Notes: generated by a model from the letters alone, not told the origin. 64,000 nucleotides of DNA from Candidatus Paraprochloron terpiosi LD05 (GCA_018141785.1 CP073341.1:1465422-1529421); one strand, 5' to 3'; positions 10,280-21,270 are shown, counted from the stretch's first letter. A program made the numbers and translations.

Positions 10280-11719
10280 TTATAATTTAACAACTTTTTT
10301 ACTAATGATTACTGAATTTCCCCCTCCATGAACTGTTTTAACCCATTTTAGTCGCTTCGGGCGCACAGAGACGCGAGCAGTAACGGAAGGCATAACTACC
10401 AACCAATGGACCATGTAAATCATCCCCCTCAGAGTTTGCCAGCCTATACTCAACAAAGTAGCAAAGCTGAATTTCGATTCAATACGAGTCCTAAACAGTC
10501 CCACAAACATGCCCCAAGCAGAAATGGAAAACATCAAACCACTCATGGGGGCTAGTAAGGGATAGCGATGACGAGCGATGGCCATAAATAGGTCCGGCAG
10601 GGCGGCGACAGGTAAGACATACTGAATGGTAAAAAAGGAAAGCAAATCCCAGGTTTTGCTCCAACCAAAAGGGTGACACCGAAAAGACCGCCAATAGTCC
10701 AGGTAGCGCTGATAACCCCCTTCTGCCCAGCGGTTACGCTGATGCCAAAGAGCCATGGCCCTGGTGACTCCTTCTTCTTCGACAGGGGGGATAGCTAAAA
10801 ACCCAATCTTCCAGCGATCCAAGTGTAGGCGAATGGTTAAATCTAAGTCGTCGGTGATGGTTTCTTCGTTCCAACCGCCGCAGCTATTTAGGGCAGAACG
10901 GCGGACAAACTGTCCATTACCTCGCAGTTCTCCCAAACCACCGATGGTGATGCGTTGCTGTTGAAAATAGCTGTCCAGAGCCATTTCCGCCTTTTGTCCC
11001 TGGGTCCAGAAATTGCAGGAGGCATTGGCGATCCCCTTTCTAACCTGTACAGCCCCCATTTGAGCCTCCTCAAACATGGGTACTACCCGTCGCAATAGAT
11101 CCGCCTCCACAGTAGCGTCAGCGTCAAATACGCCGATAATCTCTCCTTTCGTCAAGGGTAATACTTGATTCAGAGCACCGGATTTGCCTCCAACCGCCCC
11201 CCTCTGACGATGTAATACTTTCAGCTGGGGATAAGAAGTAGCCAGTTGATCTAAAATTACTCCCGTATTATCCCTACTGTTATCATCAATAATCCAAACT
11301 TCATATTTATCCCCTGGATAGTCGAGACTACAGAGCATTTGCACCAAGTTCCCAATGACAGCTTCCTCATTTTTCGCCGCCACCAGCAAGGATACTGAGG
11401 GTGCAGTAGTATCGTCTGTTAATAATTCTGGGGCTGAGGATGGTTTAGCCACTACCAAACGGATGAGATGGATAAAAATCAGTCCTGTACAACTAACTAC
11501 TGCTAAACTACCCCAAGTGAAAAAATGCAGTCCTATGATAACACTCCAGATAGTCATGAGGACAAAAGCAGCTTTCTTTCTTCTTCCCGAAGAACCGATG
11601 AAAAAATCCCTTTTAAATTCTTCTTTTTCCTCTTCTGGATCAGCTAGTTCAGACAAGAGAGAACCGATAGAGTCCAATTCTGGCTCCGACTCCCTTGACT
11701 GCCAAGAATTATTTGGCAC
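10280..11719 (-). CDS. family 2 glycosyltransferase, membrane-bound (processive synthase-like)
   Basis: VSLLVAAKNEE, IIDDNSRDNT, FDADA and QRNRWAEGG (QxxRW) motifs plus flanking TM segments. Confidence 0.75.
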   Translation of the reverse strand: MPNNSWQSRESEPELDSIGSLLSELADPEEEKEEFKRDFFIGSSGRRKKAAFVLMTIWSVIIGLHFFTWGSLAVVSCTGLIFIHLIRLVVAKPSSAPELLTDDTTAPSVSLLVAAKNEEAVIGNLVQMLCSLDYPGDKYEVWIIDDNSRDNTGVILDQLATSYPQLKVLHRQRGAVGGKSGALNQVLPLTKGEIIGVFDADATVEADLLRRVVPMFEEAQMGAVQVRKGIANASCNFWTQGQKAEMALDSYFQQQRITIGGLGELRGNGQFVRRSALNSCGGWNEETITDDLDLTIRLHLDRWKIGFLAIPPVEEEGVTRAMALWHQRNRWAEGGYQRYLDYWRSFRCHPFGWSKTWDLLSFFTIQYVLPVAALPDLFMAIARHRYPLLAPMSGLMFSISAWGMFVGLFRTRIESKFSFATLLSIGWQTLRGMIYMVHWLVVMPSVTARVSVRPKRLKWVKTVHGGGNSVIISKKVVKL

Positions 11720-11839
11720 TGTGCTCCTCCTTTATCTTATATCCTAATAAATAAATTTTATTATTCAAATGTAACACTTTTTAAAGTATAATTTTAAAAA
11801 ACTAATAAATCAAAAGCCATATCTAATATACACTTTATC

Positions 11840-13042
11840 ATGACAGTAATCGCCCCCACCGCCATAGCCCTAGTTTCTCTCCTCTGGGCGGAACTGGTAC
11901 GAGACTGTTACCACGCTCTTTCCCATCATTGGCAACCCCTCTATCGTCTCCACGCTTGGCACCATCGGGTCTTTCGTCGAGATTTAACTCCTGTTAACGA
12001 AACCATCTATCGTCGGGCACACTGGTATAATGATGTACCAGAAGCTTCCATTATGCTATCTGCATGCCTCCTACTTTGGGGGGCTGTTTTTAGTTTAACA
12101 GTTCCAGGACACTGGGGAGCAGGGTTAGGCTGCTTTTACACAGGTTTTTTTCTTCTAGCCGCCATTGCGAGAGGTAGTGGGTTACTCTATGCAGATCAGT
12201 TGACTGATATAACCCATCGTCCCGGTGAGTTTACCACCCCACCCGCTACTTGGTTGGTAAATCGACCCTATCACTGGCGCCATCACTTTGATAATCAAAA
12301 TGCTTATTATTGTGGGACAATATCTTTATTGGACAAGGTTATGGGTACTGCTCTCTCTTTACGGGGGAAAAGAATCGCCGTCACAGGAGCCTCTGGAAGT
12401 CTGGGTAGCTCTCTCCTAGCATGTCTGGAGAGCAGGGGCGCTAAAATCATTGCTCTCACTTCTAAACAGCAGGAGATTAAGATTAAAGATAAACCAGTGG
12501 AAACCATTGTTTGGCAACCCGGGAAAGAGTCCGCATTAGAGGGAGAATTAGCTAAAATAGATATTCTGGTAATCAACCACGGTATTAACGTCCACGGAGA
12601 AAGGACAGAGGAGGCCATCGCCCGTTCCTACGAAGTAAATACTTTCTCTAGCTGGCGCTTACTAGAACTATTCCTCAAGACAGTGCGCACCAACGAAGAT
12701 ATGGCCTGCAAGGAAGTTTGGGTCAATACCTCGGAAGCGGAAGTAAATCCCGCTTTCAGCCCTCTGTACGAATTGAGTAAAAGAACTTTAGGGGATTTAA
12801 TTACTTTACGTCGTCTGGACGCTCCTTGTGTAGTTAGAAAACTAATTCTCGGTCCTTTTAAAAGCAATCTCAACCCCATTGGCATTATGTCCCCGGACTG
12901 GGTAGCAAAGCAAATAGTTAATTTAGCAGTGAGAGACGTGCGTAATATCATTGTGACAGTTAATCCCTTCACAGCGATCGCCTTTCCTTTGAAGGAATTT
13001 TTTGTCTCTACCTATTTCAAGTTATTTAGTAACCGCAGATGA
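11840..13042 (+). CDS. bifunctional fatty-acid-hydroxylase-like / short-chain dehydrogenase protein
   Basis: The N-terminal half has histidine boxes (HALSHHW, HAWHHRV, HWRHH). The C-terminal half has the SDR motif VTGASGSLG. Confidence 0.6.
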   Translation: MTVIAPTAIALVSLLWAELVRDCYHALSHHWQPLYRLHAWHHRVFRRDLTPVNETIYRRAHWYNDVPEASIMLSACLLLWGAVFSLTVPGHWGAGLGCFYTGFFLLAAIARGSGLLYADQLTDITHRPGEFTTPPATWLVNRPYHWRHHFDNQNAYYCGTISLLDKVMGTALSLRGKRIAVTGASGSLGSSLLACLESRGAKIIALTSKQQEIKIKDKPVETIVWQPGKESALEGELAKIDILVINHGINVHGERTEEAIARSYEVNTFSSWRLLELFLKTVRTNEDMACKEVWVNTSEAEVNPAFSPLYELSKRTLGDLITLRRLDAPCVVRKLILGPFKSNLNPIGIMSPDWVAKQIVNLAVRDVRNIIVTVNPFTAIAFPLKEFFVSTYFKLFSNRR

Positions 13043-13058
13043 ACGCGGATAAACGCAG

Positions 13059-14147
13059 ATGAAGAGAGATACTGTATATATTGCTATTACTAACCATGGA
13101 TTTGGACATGCTGTTCGCGCTGCTTCTGTTGCTCAAGCTATTAAGGAGCTGAATCCGGATCTACTACTTATTCTGATTACAACTGCCCCTCGTTGGCTAC
13201 TAGAGTCTTATATTGAAGCAGATTTTATCCATCGTCCCCGTGCTTTTGATGTGGGGGTAATCCAAAAAGATAGCTTAACCATGGATAAAGCTGCTACATT
13301 AGCTGCAATGTCGGAAATTCGTGAACGACAGGAACAGATTATTGCCTCGGAAGCTGACTTTATCCTTACCAACGATGTAGGGTTAGTTTTGGCGGATATT
13401 CCTCCTTTAGCTCCTCCTATTGCAAGAGCTGCTGGGGTACCATGTTGGATGATGAGCAACTTTGGCTGGGATTTTATCTATGGAGACTGGGGCGAAGAAT
13501 GGGAGGAAATGGCTAATTGGATTGCCTCCTGTTATGGACAATGTCATCGTCTCTTTCGTCTACCTATGCACGAGACCATGAAGGCTTTTCCTCAGATTAT
13601 TGATACAGGATTAACTGGGAGTACTCCTAAATATAAAGAAGCACAATTGCGGGCTGATTTTAACCTCACTGCACCTAAGGAAAAGACTGTTTTGCTCACT
13701 TTTGGGGGTTTTGGATTAGCGGAAATTCCCTATGAAAATCTTGCCAAATTTCCGACTTGGCAATTTATTACTTTTGATGACAGAGCACCGGATTTAGCTA
13801 ATTTAGTGAAAGTGACGGACCGTAAATATCGACCAGTGGATTTTATGCCTTACTGCTGTCGGGTAGTTTCTAAGCCAGGGTACAGTACCTTTGCTGAAAG
13901 CTTGCGTTTAGGGGTTCCCATTGTTTCCCTCCTGCGAGAAGGTTTTGCCGAATCTTCCTTATTAATAGAAGGGATTCGGGACATAGCTTACCATCAAATT
14001 ATCACCTCTGAGGAGTTTTATCAAGGAGATTGGGATTTTCTCAACCAACCCTTATGCCCACCCCGTAAAACAGTTCCTTTTCCATCCAATGGAACGGAAT
14101 TTATCGCCCAAACTGTGGTTGAATATTTCCGAACTTATAAATCATGA
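13059..14147 (+). CDS. GT-B fold glycosyltransferase-like protein
   Basis: 362 aa. N-terminal IAITNHGFGHAVRA and C-terminal SKPGYSTFAE resemble GT1/GT28-type enzymes. No specific family assigned. Confidence 0.45.
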   Translation: MKRDTVYIAITNHGFGHAVRAASVAQAIKELNPDLLLILITTAPRWLLESYIEADFIHRPRAFDVGVIQKDSLTMDKAATLAAMSEIRERQEQIIASEADFILTNDVGLVLADIPPLAPPIARAAGVPCWMMSNFGWDFIYGDWGEEWEEMANWIASCYGQCHRLFRLPMHETMKAFPQIIDTGLTGSTPKYKEAQLRADFNLTAPKEKTVLLTFGGFGLAEIPYENLAKFPTWQFITFDDRAPDLANLVKVTDRKYRPVDFMPYCCRVVSKPGYSTFAESLRLGVPIVSLLREGFAESSLLIEGIRDIAYHQIITSEEFYQGDWDFLNQPLCPPRKTVPFPSNGTEFIAQTVVEYFRTYKS

Positions 14148-14163
14148 ACAGTTTGTTTGAATT

Positions 14164-14667
14164 ATGACAGCAGTTCATACCTCACCTACCATTGATTTAA
14201 TCGCCCAGGACGACGTCCGTTCTGTCTTAGAACAGCAAAGAGAACAAAGTAAAACATTGACCACCAAACTTAATATTCTATTTGTGGTTAACGGTGCCCT
14301 ATTCACAAGTTTGACAATTTCTCGTCTAATGTATATACCCAGCATTTTTAGTGTAGCAGAAATCCTGGGATTTTTAATGAATTTTACATTACTAATCAAC
14401 GCTTTTCTTCCCCGTCAGATAGCGGTGACTCCCAATTTGACAGACAATAAATTCTTAGAAGGGTATTTGGACTTGCTGCCAGAAGAATATCAATTAAAAA
14501 TGATGGTCAATCTGATTCAGACTTATAATACCAATAAACAGCGGCTCGATGATGTTTCTCAATCCCTTACCTATACAGCTTACGTTACTTGGATGGTAGC
14601 CTTTATAATAATGCTACACGTCTTAGCCATTTATTTTATCCCGGCATTGCTTATAGATCAGTTATAA
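14164..14667 (+). CDS. hypothetical membrane protein
   Basis: 167-aa ORF with three hydrophobic helices. No recognised motif. Confidence 0.4.
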   Translation: MTAVHTSPTIDLIAQDDVRSVLEQQREQSKTLTTKLNILFVVNGALFTSLTISRLMYIPSIFSVAEILGFLMNFTLLINAFLPRQIAVTPNLTDNKFLEGYLDLLPEEYQLKMMVNLIQTYNTNKQRLDDVSQSLTYTAYVTWMVAFIIMLHVLAIYFIPALLIDQL

Positions 14668-14669
14668 TT

Positions 14670-14888
14670 ATGAATACCAAACAAACCCACAATCAAGAAT
14701 CCTCCAAAAAGCCTGTTCAGATACCGGACCCAGATCAGGACAATATTACCGTTCTAACCGAGAATCTGCCCAATAAACCCATTCTACCCTGGAATCACTA
14801 TGATTCTCCCTGGGAAGAAGGAGAAAGGGAAGAAGTTGCAGATGAAGTCTCCTCTGATGAAGTCCAAGAGCAAATCTATGATAATTAA
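14670..14888 (+). CDS. small acidic hypothetical protein
   Basis: ATG at 14670 immediately after the preceding stop. 72 aa with an acidic C-terminus (EEGEREEVADEVSSDEVQEQ). Confidence 0.3.
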   Translation: MNTKQTHNQESSKKPVQIPDPDQDNITVLTENLPNKPILPWNHYDSPWEEGEREEVADEVSSDEVQEQIYDN

Positions 14889-14894
14889 TAAATA

Positions 14895-15314
14895 ATGAGT
14901 CATTACCAAAAACTAATCAAACTGCAAACAACAGGCAAGTCTTTCCACAAAATAACCGACAAAGTAGAGAGTATCGTCGCCGAATCAGGTATTACAACGG
15001 GACTTTGTACTCTTTTCGTTCGTCATACTTCCGCATCCTTGCTCATTCAAGAAAATGCCGACCCCGACGTACTGAGGGATTTCGCTAATTTCTTTGCTAA
15101 ACTGGTGCCAGAAGACCCCATGGGCTATATTCACAGTGCGGAAGGACCGGACGATATGCCCGCTCACATTCGTTCAGCCCTCACTCATACCTCAGAGCAA
15201 ATTCCCATCGCTCAGGGAAGATTGGTATTGGGAACTTGGCAAGGTATTTATCTCTGGGAACACCGCCAACGTAGTTATTCCCGGGAAATTGTGGTTCATG
15301 TCACTGGGGATTGA
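14895..15314 (+). CDS. YjbQ/UPF0047 family (secondary thiamine-phosphate synthase) protein
   Basis: HTSASLLIQENADPDV, GPDDMPAHIRSAL and LGTWQGIYLWEHR are characteristic. Confidence 0.8.
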   Translation: MSHYQKLIKLQTTGKSFHKITDKVESIVAESGITTGLCTLFVRHTSASLLIQENADPDVLRDFANFFAKLVPEDPMGYIHSAEGPDDMPAHIRSALTHTSEQIPIAQGRLVLGTWQGIYLWEHRQRSYSREIVVHVTGD

Positions 15315-16591
15315 GAAGCGACAACAAAACAATCTCTTCCTTGTGCTTTTGCTTGATAAAGAGCTTTGTCAGCAGCAGCAATCAAAGTTTTGGGTACAAT
15401 ATTGTCATGAGGAAAAATGGTAGCAATACCCAAGCTGAGAGTAACCCATTCTCTCACATCAGAGTCAAGATGGGGAATTTGCAGTTTTTTCACTTCTTGG
15501 CAAATCAATTCTGCGACTATGATAGCCCCATCCTTATCCGTGTCAGGCAAAATCACCGCAAACTCTTCTCCTCCATAACGAGCGACTAAATCTCGAGGAC
15601 GCTTTGTAGCAAGACTGAGAGTTTTAGCCACTCGCACCAAACAATCATCTCCTATTTGATGGGAGTAGCGATCGTTGTACCGTTTAAAATAATCCACATC
15701 GTAGAGAATTAAAGACAAAGATTCTTTCTCACAATTACAGCGTCGCCATTCCACCGTGAGAGTATGATTAAAACAGTGACGGTTAGCTACTTGAGTCAAA
15801 CCGTCCAGGTTAGCGAGACGATTTAATTCTAATTCCCAACGTTTGCGTTGTGTTATATCCCGAACCGTAACGGAAAAGCCATCCCCCAGCTTCACTGCTG
15901 TCACATTATACCAACTCTGACGATTGTCTTGTTGGTAAGAAAAATCTCGGTCCAAAGTTTCTCCCGTTTCCACCACTGCTACAAATATATCGAACAGTTT
16001 TACATCTAATCGAGTGAGCAATTTTTTCAGCATTAGATTACTGTTGCAGTCTTCTCTCTTTTTTCCTAAAGCTTCAGCCACCACCGGATTAACTAACAAA
16101 CAGCGAAAGTCGGTGATGGTTTCATTCACATCTCTAACTGCTTTCCAGGCTGAAATTCCATCTCGGGAACTATTCAACACGCTCTCTAAGAGATTCCGAG
16201 ATTGAGAAAGGATTGCTTCTGCTTTTTGCCGTTGTTTAATTTTTTTTCCAGCAAGAGTTTTTGTCTTTGAATGGTCAGTTGATTTTCGATTATCGCGATA
16301 TTGAAATGCCTTAATATTATCAAATACTTCATCTAAAACACTTAGAAAAATTCCGTAAATATACCTCGTTTTATCATCTGCTTTTAAGGCTTCGCATACT
16401 TTATATTCATCCATTTTAGGCATTTTTCTTGGTTGAATGCTAACGGTTTTAAAAGTCATTTTGCCATTAGTTACACTGGGAACTTTGTAACCTTGACGAT
16501 GCAACAGTTGGCTAAAAATACGCATATTTTGCCATAAATTATCTACAATTAATATATTACCTATTATCTCTTTATCTTGATTACTCTTCAT
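15296..16591 (-). CDS. diguanylate cyclase (degenerate receiver - PAS - GGDEF)
   Basis: GGEEF active-site motif and RYNDRYSHQIGD. A central PAS-like region is present. The N-terminal receiver-like segment lacks the phospho-acceptor DLILLD block. Confidence 0.8.
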   Translation of the reverse strand: MKSNQDKEIIGNILIVDNLWQNMRIFSQLLHRQGYKVPSVTNGKMTFKTVSIQPRKMPKMDEYKVCEALKADDKTRYIYGIFLSVLDEVFDNIKAFQYRDNRKSTDHSKTKTLAGKKIKQRQKAEAILSQSRNLLESVLNSSRDGISAWKAVRDVNETITDFRCLLVNPVVAEALGKKREDCNSNLMLKKLLTRLDVKLFDIFVAVVETGETLDRDFSYQQDNRQSWYNVTAVKLGDGFSVTVRDITQRKRWELELNRLANLDGLTQVANRHCFNHTLTVEWRRCNCEKESLSLILYDVDYFKRYNDRYSHQIGDDCLVRVAKTLSLATKRPRDLVARYGGEEFAVILPDTDKDGAIIVAELICQEVKKLQIPHLDSDVREWVTLSLGIATIFPHDNIVPKTLIAAADKALYQAKAQGRDCFVVASQSPVT

Positions 16592-17072
16592 TTAGAATTG
16601 ATTTTAACTTCTGACGGGCTGACTCCTGTCATCTCACTGCTATCGCCATAAAGATAACGAACTCCCAGGTGTTTTTTCATTATATCAAAAATCTCCTCTT
16701 CCCGGAAAGGCTTGCGGACAAAATCATCGCAGCCAGCTTCTAAAACGCTAACAGTAAGAGCTATAATCGCCGTAGCTTGACCTTGAGTAGTAACTTTAAT
16801 CCTTTGGGTTGCTTCTTATCCGTTCATCACGGGCATGGGCATATCCATCCAAATAAGATGGGGTTGCCATTGGGACCAAAGGTTGATCGCTTCTTCACCG
16901 TTACTAACTGCTTTGATTTGAAAACCAAGAGGTTGGAGTAGTTCATTTAAGAGTTGGCGATGGCAATATGAGTCGTCAACTACTAAGATTTTCTAGTCAG
17001 GTCAGGTTCTAGGGCAATCACAGTTTGTTGAGGTTCGTTTCTGGCAATATCTGCGACTGGAACCGCAGTTAT
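16588..17072 (-). pseudogene. response-regulator receiver domain pseudogene (remnant of a hybrid kinase C-terminus)
   Basis: The minus-strand reading gives KILVVDDSYCHRQLLNELLQPLGFQIKAVSNGEEAINLWSQWQPHLIWMDMPMPVMNG, then an in-frame TAA (16816-16818), then EATQRIK...LEAGCDDFVRKPF. There is also a 1-nt frameshift just upstream of KILVVDD. Its stop overlaps the ATG of the GGDEF gene (ATGA). Confidence 0.6.
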
Positions 17073-17095
17073 CAGTTACCAGTATTATTAATGAA

Positions 17096-17644
17096 TTATA
17101 ATTCTTCCAAGAGAATCTGGACTGAAATTTGGATTTTGGGGAATGATAAGGGAGTAATGTTACCCTCTCTAACTATTGACTGGATTTGATAGTCATTTTC
17201 CACAGGCTGACGGAATAAGTTGAGCTGCTGTTGATTTACATCCACAACCCAGTATTCCTGAATTCCTGCTTGAGCGTAAACTAGCTTCTTTTCATTGATA
17301 TCATAGTCTAGGGTAGTGTGGGAAACTTCAATGAGCCAAAAAATTTGAGCTGGGGTAGGATGGCTATGGCGATATTGTCGTTTTGGTAGTTTGACGATGG
17401 CAATATCTGGTTGAGGTTGGGAAGTAGCAAGAGAAATAGGTCCATTGAAACGAACGTGGGCGGAACCTCTCAATAACTTTTGGAGATAATCTGCCATACC
17501 CGACGCTAAGGAGTAGTGTAACGGTCCTTCTGGACTCATTTCAATGATTTCTCCTGCTACTAATTCTACATTGCGATGGCCCAAGAAACCAGTTTCTATT
17601 AAGCGATTATAATCAGCTACGGACCATTTAGCTAAAGTTTTCAT
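17096..17644 (-). CDS. Uma2 family (DUF820) endonuclease
   Basis: WSVADYNRLIETGFL...VELVAGEIIEMSPEGPLH, plus PDIAIV and WLIEV motifs. Confidence 0.75.
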   Translation of the reverse strand: MKTLAKWSVADYNRLIETGFLGHRNVELVAGEIIEMSPEGPLHYSLASGMADYLQKLLRGSAHVRFNGPISLATSQPQPDIAIVKLPKRQYRHSHPTPAQIFWLIEVSHTTLDYDINEKKLVYAQAGIQEYWVVDVNQQQLNLFRQPVENDYQIQSIVREGNITPLSFPKIQISVQILLEEL

Positions 17645-17651
17645 GACCCAA

Positions 17652-19085
17652 TCATTTATTAGTTAAAAGAGCTTTAGCAGCAGCACGCCCGGAAATGGTG
17701 GCTCCTTCCATACTATCGATATAATCTTGTTGGGTATAGCTACCAGCTAAAAAGAAGTTAGACACAGGAGTTTTTTGCTTTGGACGATAGGGATCCATCC
17801 CTGGAGCTTCTCGATAGAGGGACTGAGCCAACTTTACTACACTATACCAAGTCATGTTCAATTCCCGTGCCGAAGGGAAGAGTTGGCGGACTTGTTCAAG
17901 TACGTGTTGGGCGATCGCCTCGTTCTTTTCTTTAATAAAGGGATCTCCTGGAGTCAAAACTAACTGCAAGAGGGAACCCTGTCCCTGACGATAATAATCC
18001 TCTGGACTGGTTAAAGCCAAATCCGCAAAACAGGAGAAATCTGCATCAGGAGTATATAACAAATTATCCAATCCTGCTGCATCAGTTAACTGCTTTCGTT
18101 TTTCCGGGTCTTTCAGTTCCGTCACCCAACCATCGAACCGCAGCTGTACTGTTGCCACTGGCACCGTATCTAATTTATAGATATTATCAAACTCGGACCA
18201 CTTGCGCCAGGATTCAGGGAGCAGTCGCTTTATTCCCGGCACGTCGCAGGCACAGACATAGGCATCAGCTACAATAGTTTCCTGCTCCCCTCCTCCCGAA
18301 GAGACGACAATTCCTGTAACCTGGGTTTTCTCCCCCTCGGTAAAGAGAATTTCCCGCACTTGACATCTAGTATGAATCTTAGCACCTTTAGCTTCTAAAT
18401 AAGTCATAATGGGTTTGTGGAGGTATTCTGCGGGAGAACCTGCCAACATCCGCAGCACCGATGCTTCGGTTTTGGCGGCAAAAAACATGAAAATAGTGAG
18501 CATGCAGCGGGCGGAAATGTTTTCCGTATCGATAAAACCCAAAGCATAGGCAATAGGGTTCCACATTTTTTCCAAGCTACCTTGATTCCCTCCGTGACCA
18601 CGAAACCAGTCCGCAAAACTAACCCCATCTAAACCCCGAATGGTTTTCATCGCCCCCTCAAAGTCCAGCAAACCCCTGACTAAGGGGCTGGTTCCCAGAG
18701 CGATGGAGTTGGCTATTTTATCTCCAGGAGCTAACTGAGAGGTAGTAAAGAAAGCTTTTAAACCGTTAAAAGGAGCACCAGTAAGAAAGCGAAAGTCCAG
18801 TTGACCAATCCTTCCCCCTTCATTGATAAAGGTGTGGCTATGTTCCTTGAGACGGAGATTGTCAATAGCCCCCACTTTTCTCATTAAGTCAAAGAGATTG
18901 TAGTAGCAGCCGAAGAAAACGTGCAAGCCCATTTCGATATGGTTGCCGTTTTTATCCACCCAACTGCCAACTTTTCCCCCCACAAAGGGACGAGATTCAA
19001 ATATTTCAACAGTAGCACCAGCATCCACTAATTCTACCGCTGTAGCCATCCCCGCTAGCCCTGCTCCAACAATCGCTACCCGCAT
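17652..19085 (-). CDS. crtQ: zeta-carotene desaturase
   Basis: [60 protein letters not shown] matches the ZDS type rather than the PDS type. Confidence 0.85.
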   Translation of the reverse strand: MRVAIVGAGLAGMATAVELVDAGATVEIFESRPFVGGKVGSWVDKNGNHIEMGLHVFFGCYYNLFDLMRKVGAIDNLRLKEHSHTFINEGGRIGQLDFRFLTGAPFNGLKAFFTTSQLAPGDKIANSIALGTSPLVRGLLDFEGAMKTIRGLDGVSFADWFRGHGGNQGSLEKMWNPIAYALGFIDTENISARCMLTIFMFFAAKTEASVLRMLAGSPAEYLHKPIMTYLEAKGAKIHTRCQVREILFTEGEKTQVTGIVVSSGGGEQETIVADAYVCACDVPGIKRLLPESWRKWSEFDNIYKLDTVPVATVQLRFDGWVTELKDPEKRKQLTDAAGLDNLLYTPDADFSCFADLALTSPEDYYRQGQGSLLQLVLTPGDPFIKEKNEAIAQHVLEQVRQLFPSARELNMTWYSVVKLAQSLYREAPGMDPYRPKQKTPVSNFFLAGSYTQQDYIDSMEGATISGRAAAKALLTNK

Positions 19086-19223
19086 TCAGCAATCTTCCCG
19101 AATCATTATCTTTTGTTATTATTCTATAGCAATCAAGGGTTCATCCGCGTTTATCTGCGTACACTGCGGGACGCCAAAGGCGGTTGCTTACGCAAAGCTA
19201 CGCAATAACATATAGGTAAGAAA

Positions 19224-20306
19224 ATGGAAATAGGCGTACCAAAAGAAATTAAGGACAAAGAATATCGGGTGGGCTTGAGTCCAGACAGCGTCCAAGTACT
19301 TACAGAAAACAATCATTCAGTGTTTGTCCAGACTAATGCGGGGGTTGGGGCTGGATTTACGGATGCTTATTACGAACTGGCAGGGGCTACCATTGTGGAA
19401 AGTGCCGCCGCAGCTTGGCAAAGAGAACTTATAGTTAAGGTTAAAGAACCTTTACCCACTGAATACAAATACCTTAACACCAAGCATACACTATTGACCT
19501 ACCTTCACTTAGCAGCAGATAGGGTTTTGACAGAAAACTTGCTCCAGAGCGGCGTAACGGCAATCGCCTACGAAACTGTAATTGTAGATGGTAAGCTGCC
19601 CCTACTTATGCCCATGAGTATGATTGCAGGCAGGTTGTCTGTGCAGTTTGGTGCCCACTATTTGGAGAAATCCCAATCGGGACGAGGGGTGCTTTTGGGG
19701 GGCATACCGGGAGTGCCAGCGGGTCGGGTGGTCATTTTGGGGGGTGGCGTTGTGGGTACAGAAGCCGCTAAAATTGCTCTGGGGATGGGAGCCAAGGTGC
19801 AAATTTTGGATATCAACCTGGAGCGATTAGCTATCCTAGAAACTGTGCTAGGTTCCGGGGTAGAACTACTCTACAGCTGTCCCCCTTATATTGAAAGGGC
19901 AGTGCGGGAAGCGGATTTATTAATCGGTGCAGTTCTCCTCCCCGGAAAACGTCCCCCCCTCCTAGTTCCTCGCAGTTTAGTGGCTCAAATGGTTCCTGGT
20001 TCAGTGATAGTGGACGTAGCCGTAGATCAGGGGGGTTGTATCGAAACCATGAGACCCACATCTCACAGTCATCCCACCTATATAGAAGAGGGAGTGGTTC
20101 ACGTTGGTATTCCCAATATGCCCGGAGCGGTTCCTTGGACAGCTACCCAAGCCCTCAATCACAGCATTCTGCCCTATGTGCTGCAATTAGCTAAGGAAGG
20201 TACTTCAGCCCTAGAAAATAATCCTGCCTTGGCCCAAGGTTTAAATATCCGTAATCATCAACTAGTTCACCCCGCCGTGCAGGAAGTGTTTCCCGACTTA
20301 GTTTAA
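19224..20306 (+). CDS. ald: alanine dehydrogenase
   Basis: MEIGVPKEIKDKEYRVGLSP, GGGVVGTEAAKIALGMGA and full length. Confidence 0.9.
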   Translation: MEIGVPKEIKDKEYRVGLSPDSVQVLTENNHSVFVQTNAGVGAGFTDAYYELAGATIVESAAAAWQRELIVKVKEPLPTEYKYLNTKHTLLTYLHLAADRVLTENLLQSGVTAIAYETVIVDGKLPLLMPMSMIAGRLSVQFGAHYLEKSQSGRGVLLGGIPGVPAGRVVILGGGVVGTEAAKIALGMGAKVQILDINLERLAILETVLGSGVELLYSCPPYIERAVREADLLIGAVLLPGKRPPLLVPRSLVAQMVPGSVIVDVAVDQGGCIETMRPTSHSHPTYIEEGVVHVGIPNMPGAVPWTATQALNHSILPYVLQLAKEGTSALENNPALAQGLNIRNHQLVHPAVQEVFPDLV

Positions 20307-20354
20307 CTCTCCGCGCCGGAGCGCCGGAGCGTTAAACCACCCTAAATTTGATTT

Positions 20355-21248
20355 GTGAAAACAGATTCTTTATTTTATCGCATCTTTCAGAGTGTACCGG
20401 AGATTTTCTTTGAACTCATTGGACAACCGGATCGCTCCGGGTATGATTTTCGCTCCATAGAAGTGAAACAAACAGCTTTCCGCATTGATGGAGTATTTTT
20501 ACCCCCAGAAGACGCAGTCTCGCAACCAGTTTTTTTCGTGGAAGTCCAGTTTCAAAAAGATGAATTGCTCTATCATCGCTTGTTTGGGGAGTTATTTATG
20601 TTTTTGGCTCAAAATCCCCATATTTCAGGTTGGTACGCTGTGGTTATCTTTCCTCGACGCTCCTTGGAACCTGAGGAGACTAAACTCTATGAACCATTAT
20701 TGTCCAGTCCACAAGTTCAAAGGTTTTATCTCAATGAGCTGCTGTCTCCAATAGGTGAGTTTTCCCCCACAAAGGGGCTGATGGAATTAATTGTTAAACC
20801 AGATAAACAAGTCCCCCAACTGGCTAGAACATTATGGCAACAAGTAAACCAAACCGAGGCAACAAAAATTCCCAAGGAGACAATCTTAGAACTAATTGAG
20901 ACTACAATGGTATATAAGTTTCCCCAATTAAGTCGGAAGGAGATTGCAGCAATGTTAGGATTAGCAGAAAGTGTGAAACACACCAGGGTTTATCAAGAAG
21001 GCTTACAAGAAGGACGAGTTGAAGGCTTACAAGAAGGACGAGTTGAAGGCTTACAAGAAGGACTTAGGCAAGGAGAGCAGAAGTTAATTATAAAACAGCT
21101 GCTCCATCGAGTTGGATCCCTCCCCCCAGTCCAGAAGTCTCAAGTTGAAGCCTTGTCCTTACAGCAGTTAGAAGCATTGGGTGAAGCTCTGTTGGATTTT
21201 GACCAGGTGGCAGATTTAATTCTGTGGTTGGAGACAAACACGGTTTGA
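20355..21248 (+). CDS. Rpn-family recombination-promoting nuclease / putative transposase (DUF2887 + DUF4351-like)
   Basis: MKTDSLFYRIFQSVPEIFFELIG...FRIDGVF...FVEVQFQKD and the C-terminal LEALGEALLDFDQVADLILWL. GTG start. Confidence 0.65.
   Translation: MKTDSLFYRIFQSVPEIFFELIGQPDRSGYDFRSIEVKQTAFRIDGVFLPPEDAVSQPVFFVEVQFQKDELLYHRLFGELFMFLAQNPHISGWYAVVIFPRRSLEPEETKLYEPLLSSPQVQRFYLNELLSPIGEFSPTKGLMELIVKPDKQVPQLARTLWQQVNQTEATKIPKETILELIETTMVYKFPQLSRKEIAAMLGLAESVKHTRVYQEGLQEGRVEGLQEGRVEGLQEGLRQGEQKLIIKQLLHRVGSLPPVQKSQVEALSLQQLEALGEALLDFDQVADLILWLETNTV
20997..21068 (+). repeat. 24-nt coding tandem repeat (about 3 copies, EGLQEGRV)
   Basis: gaaggcttacaagaaggacgagtt is repeated at 20997, 21021 and, diverged, at 21045. 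Confidence 0.85.
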
Positions 21249-21270
21249 GCCTAGCGGAACCGTAGTCGTG

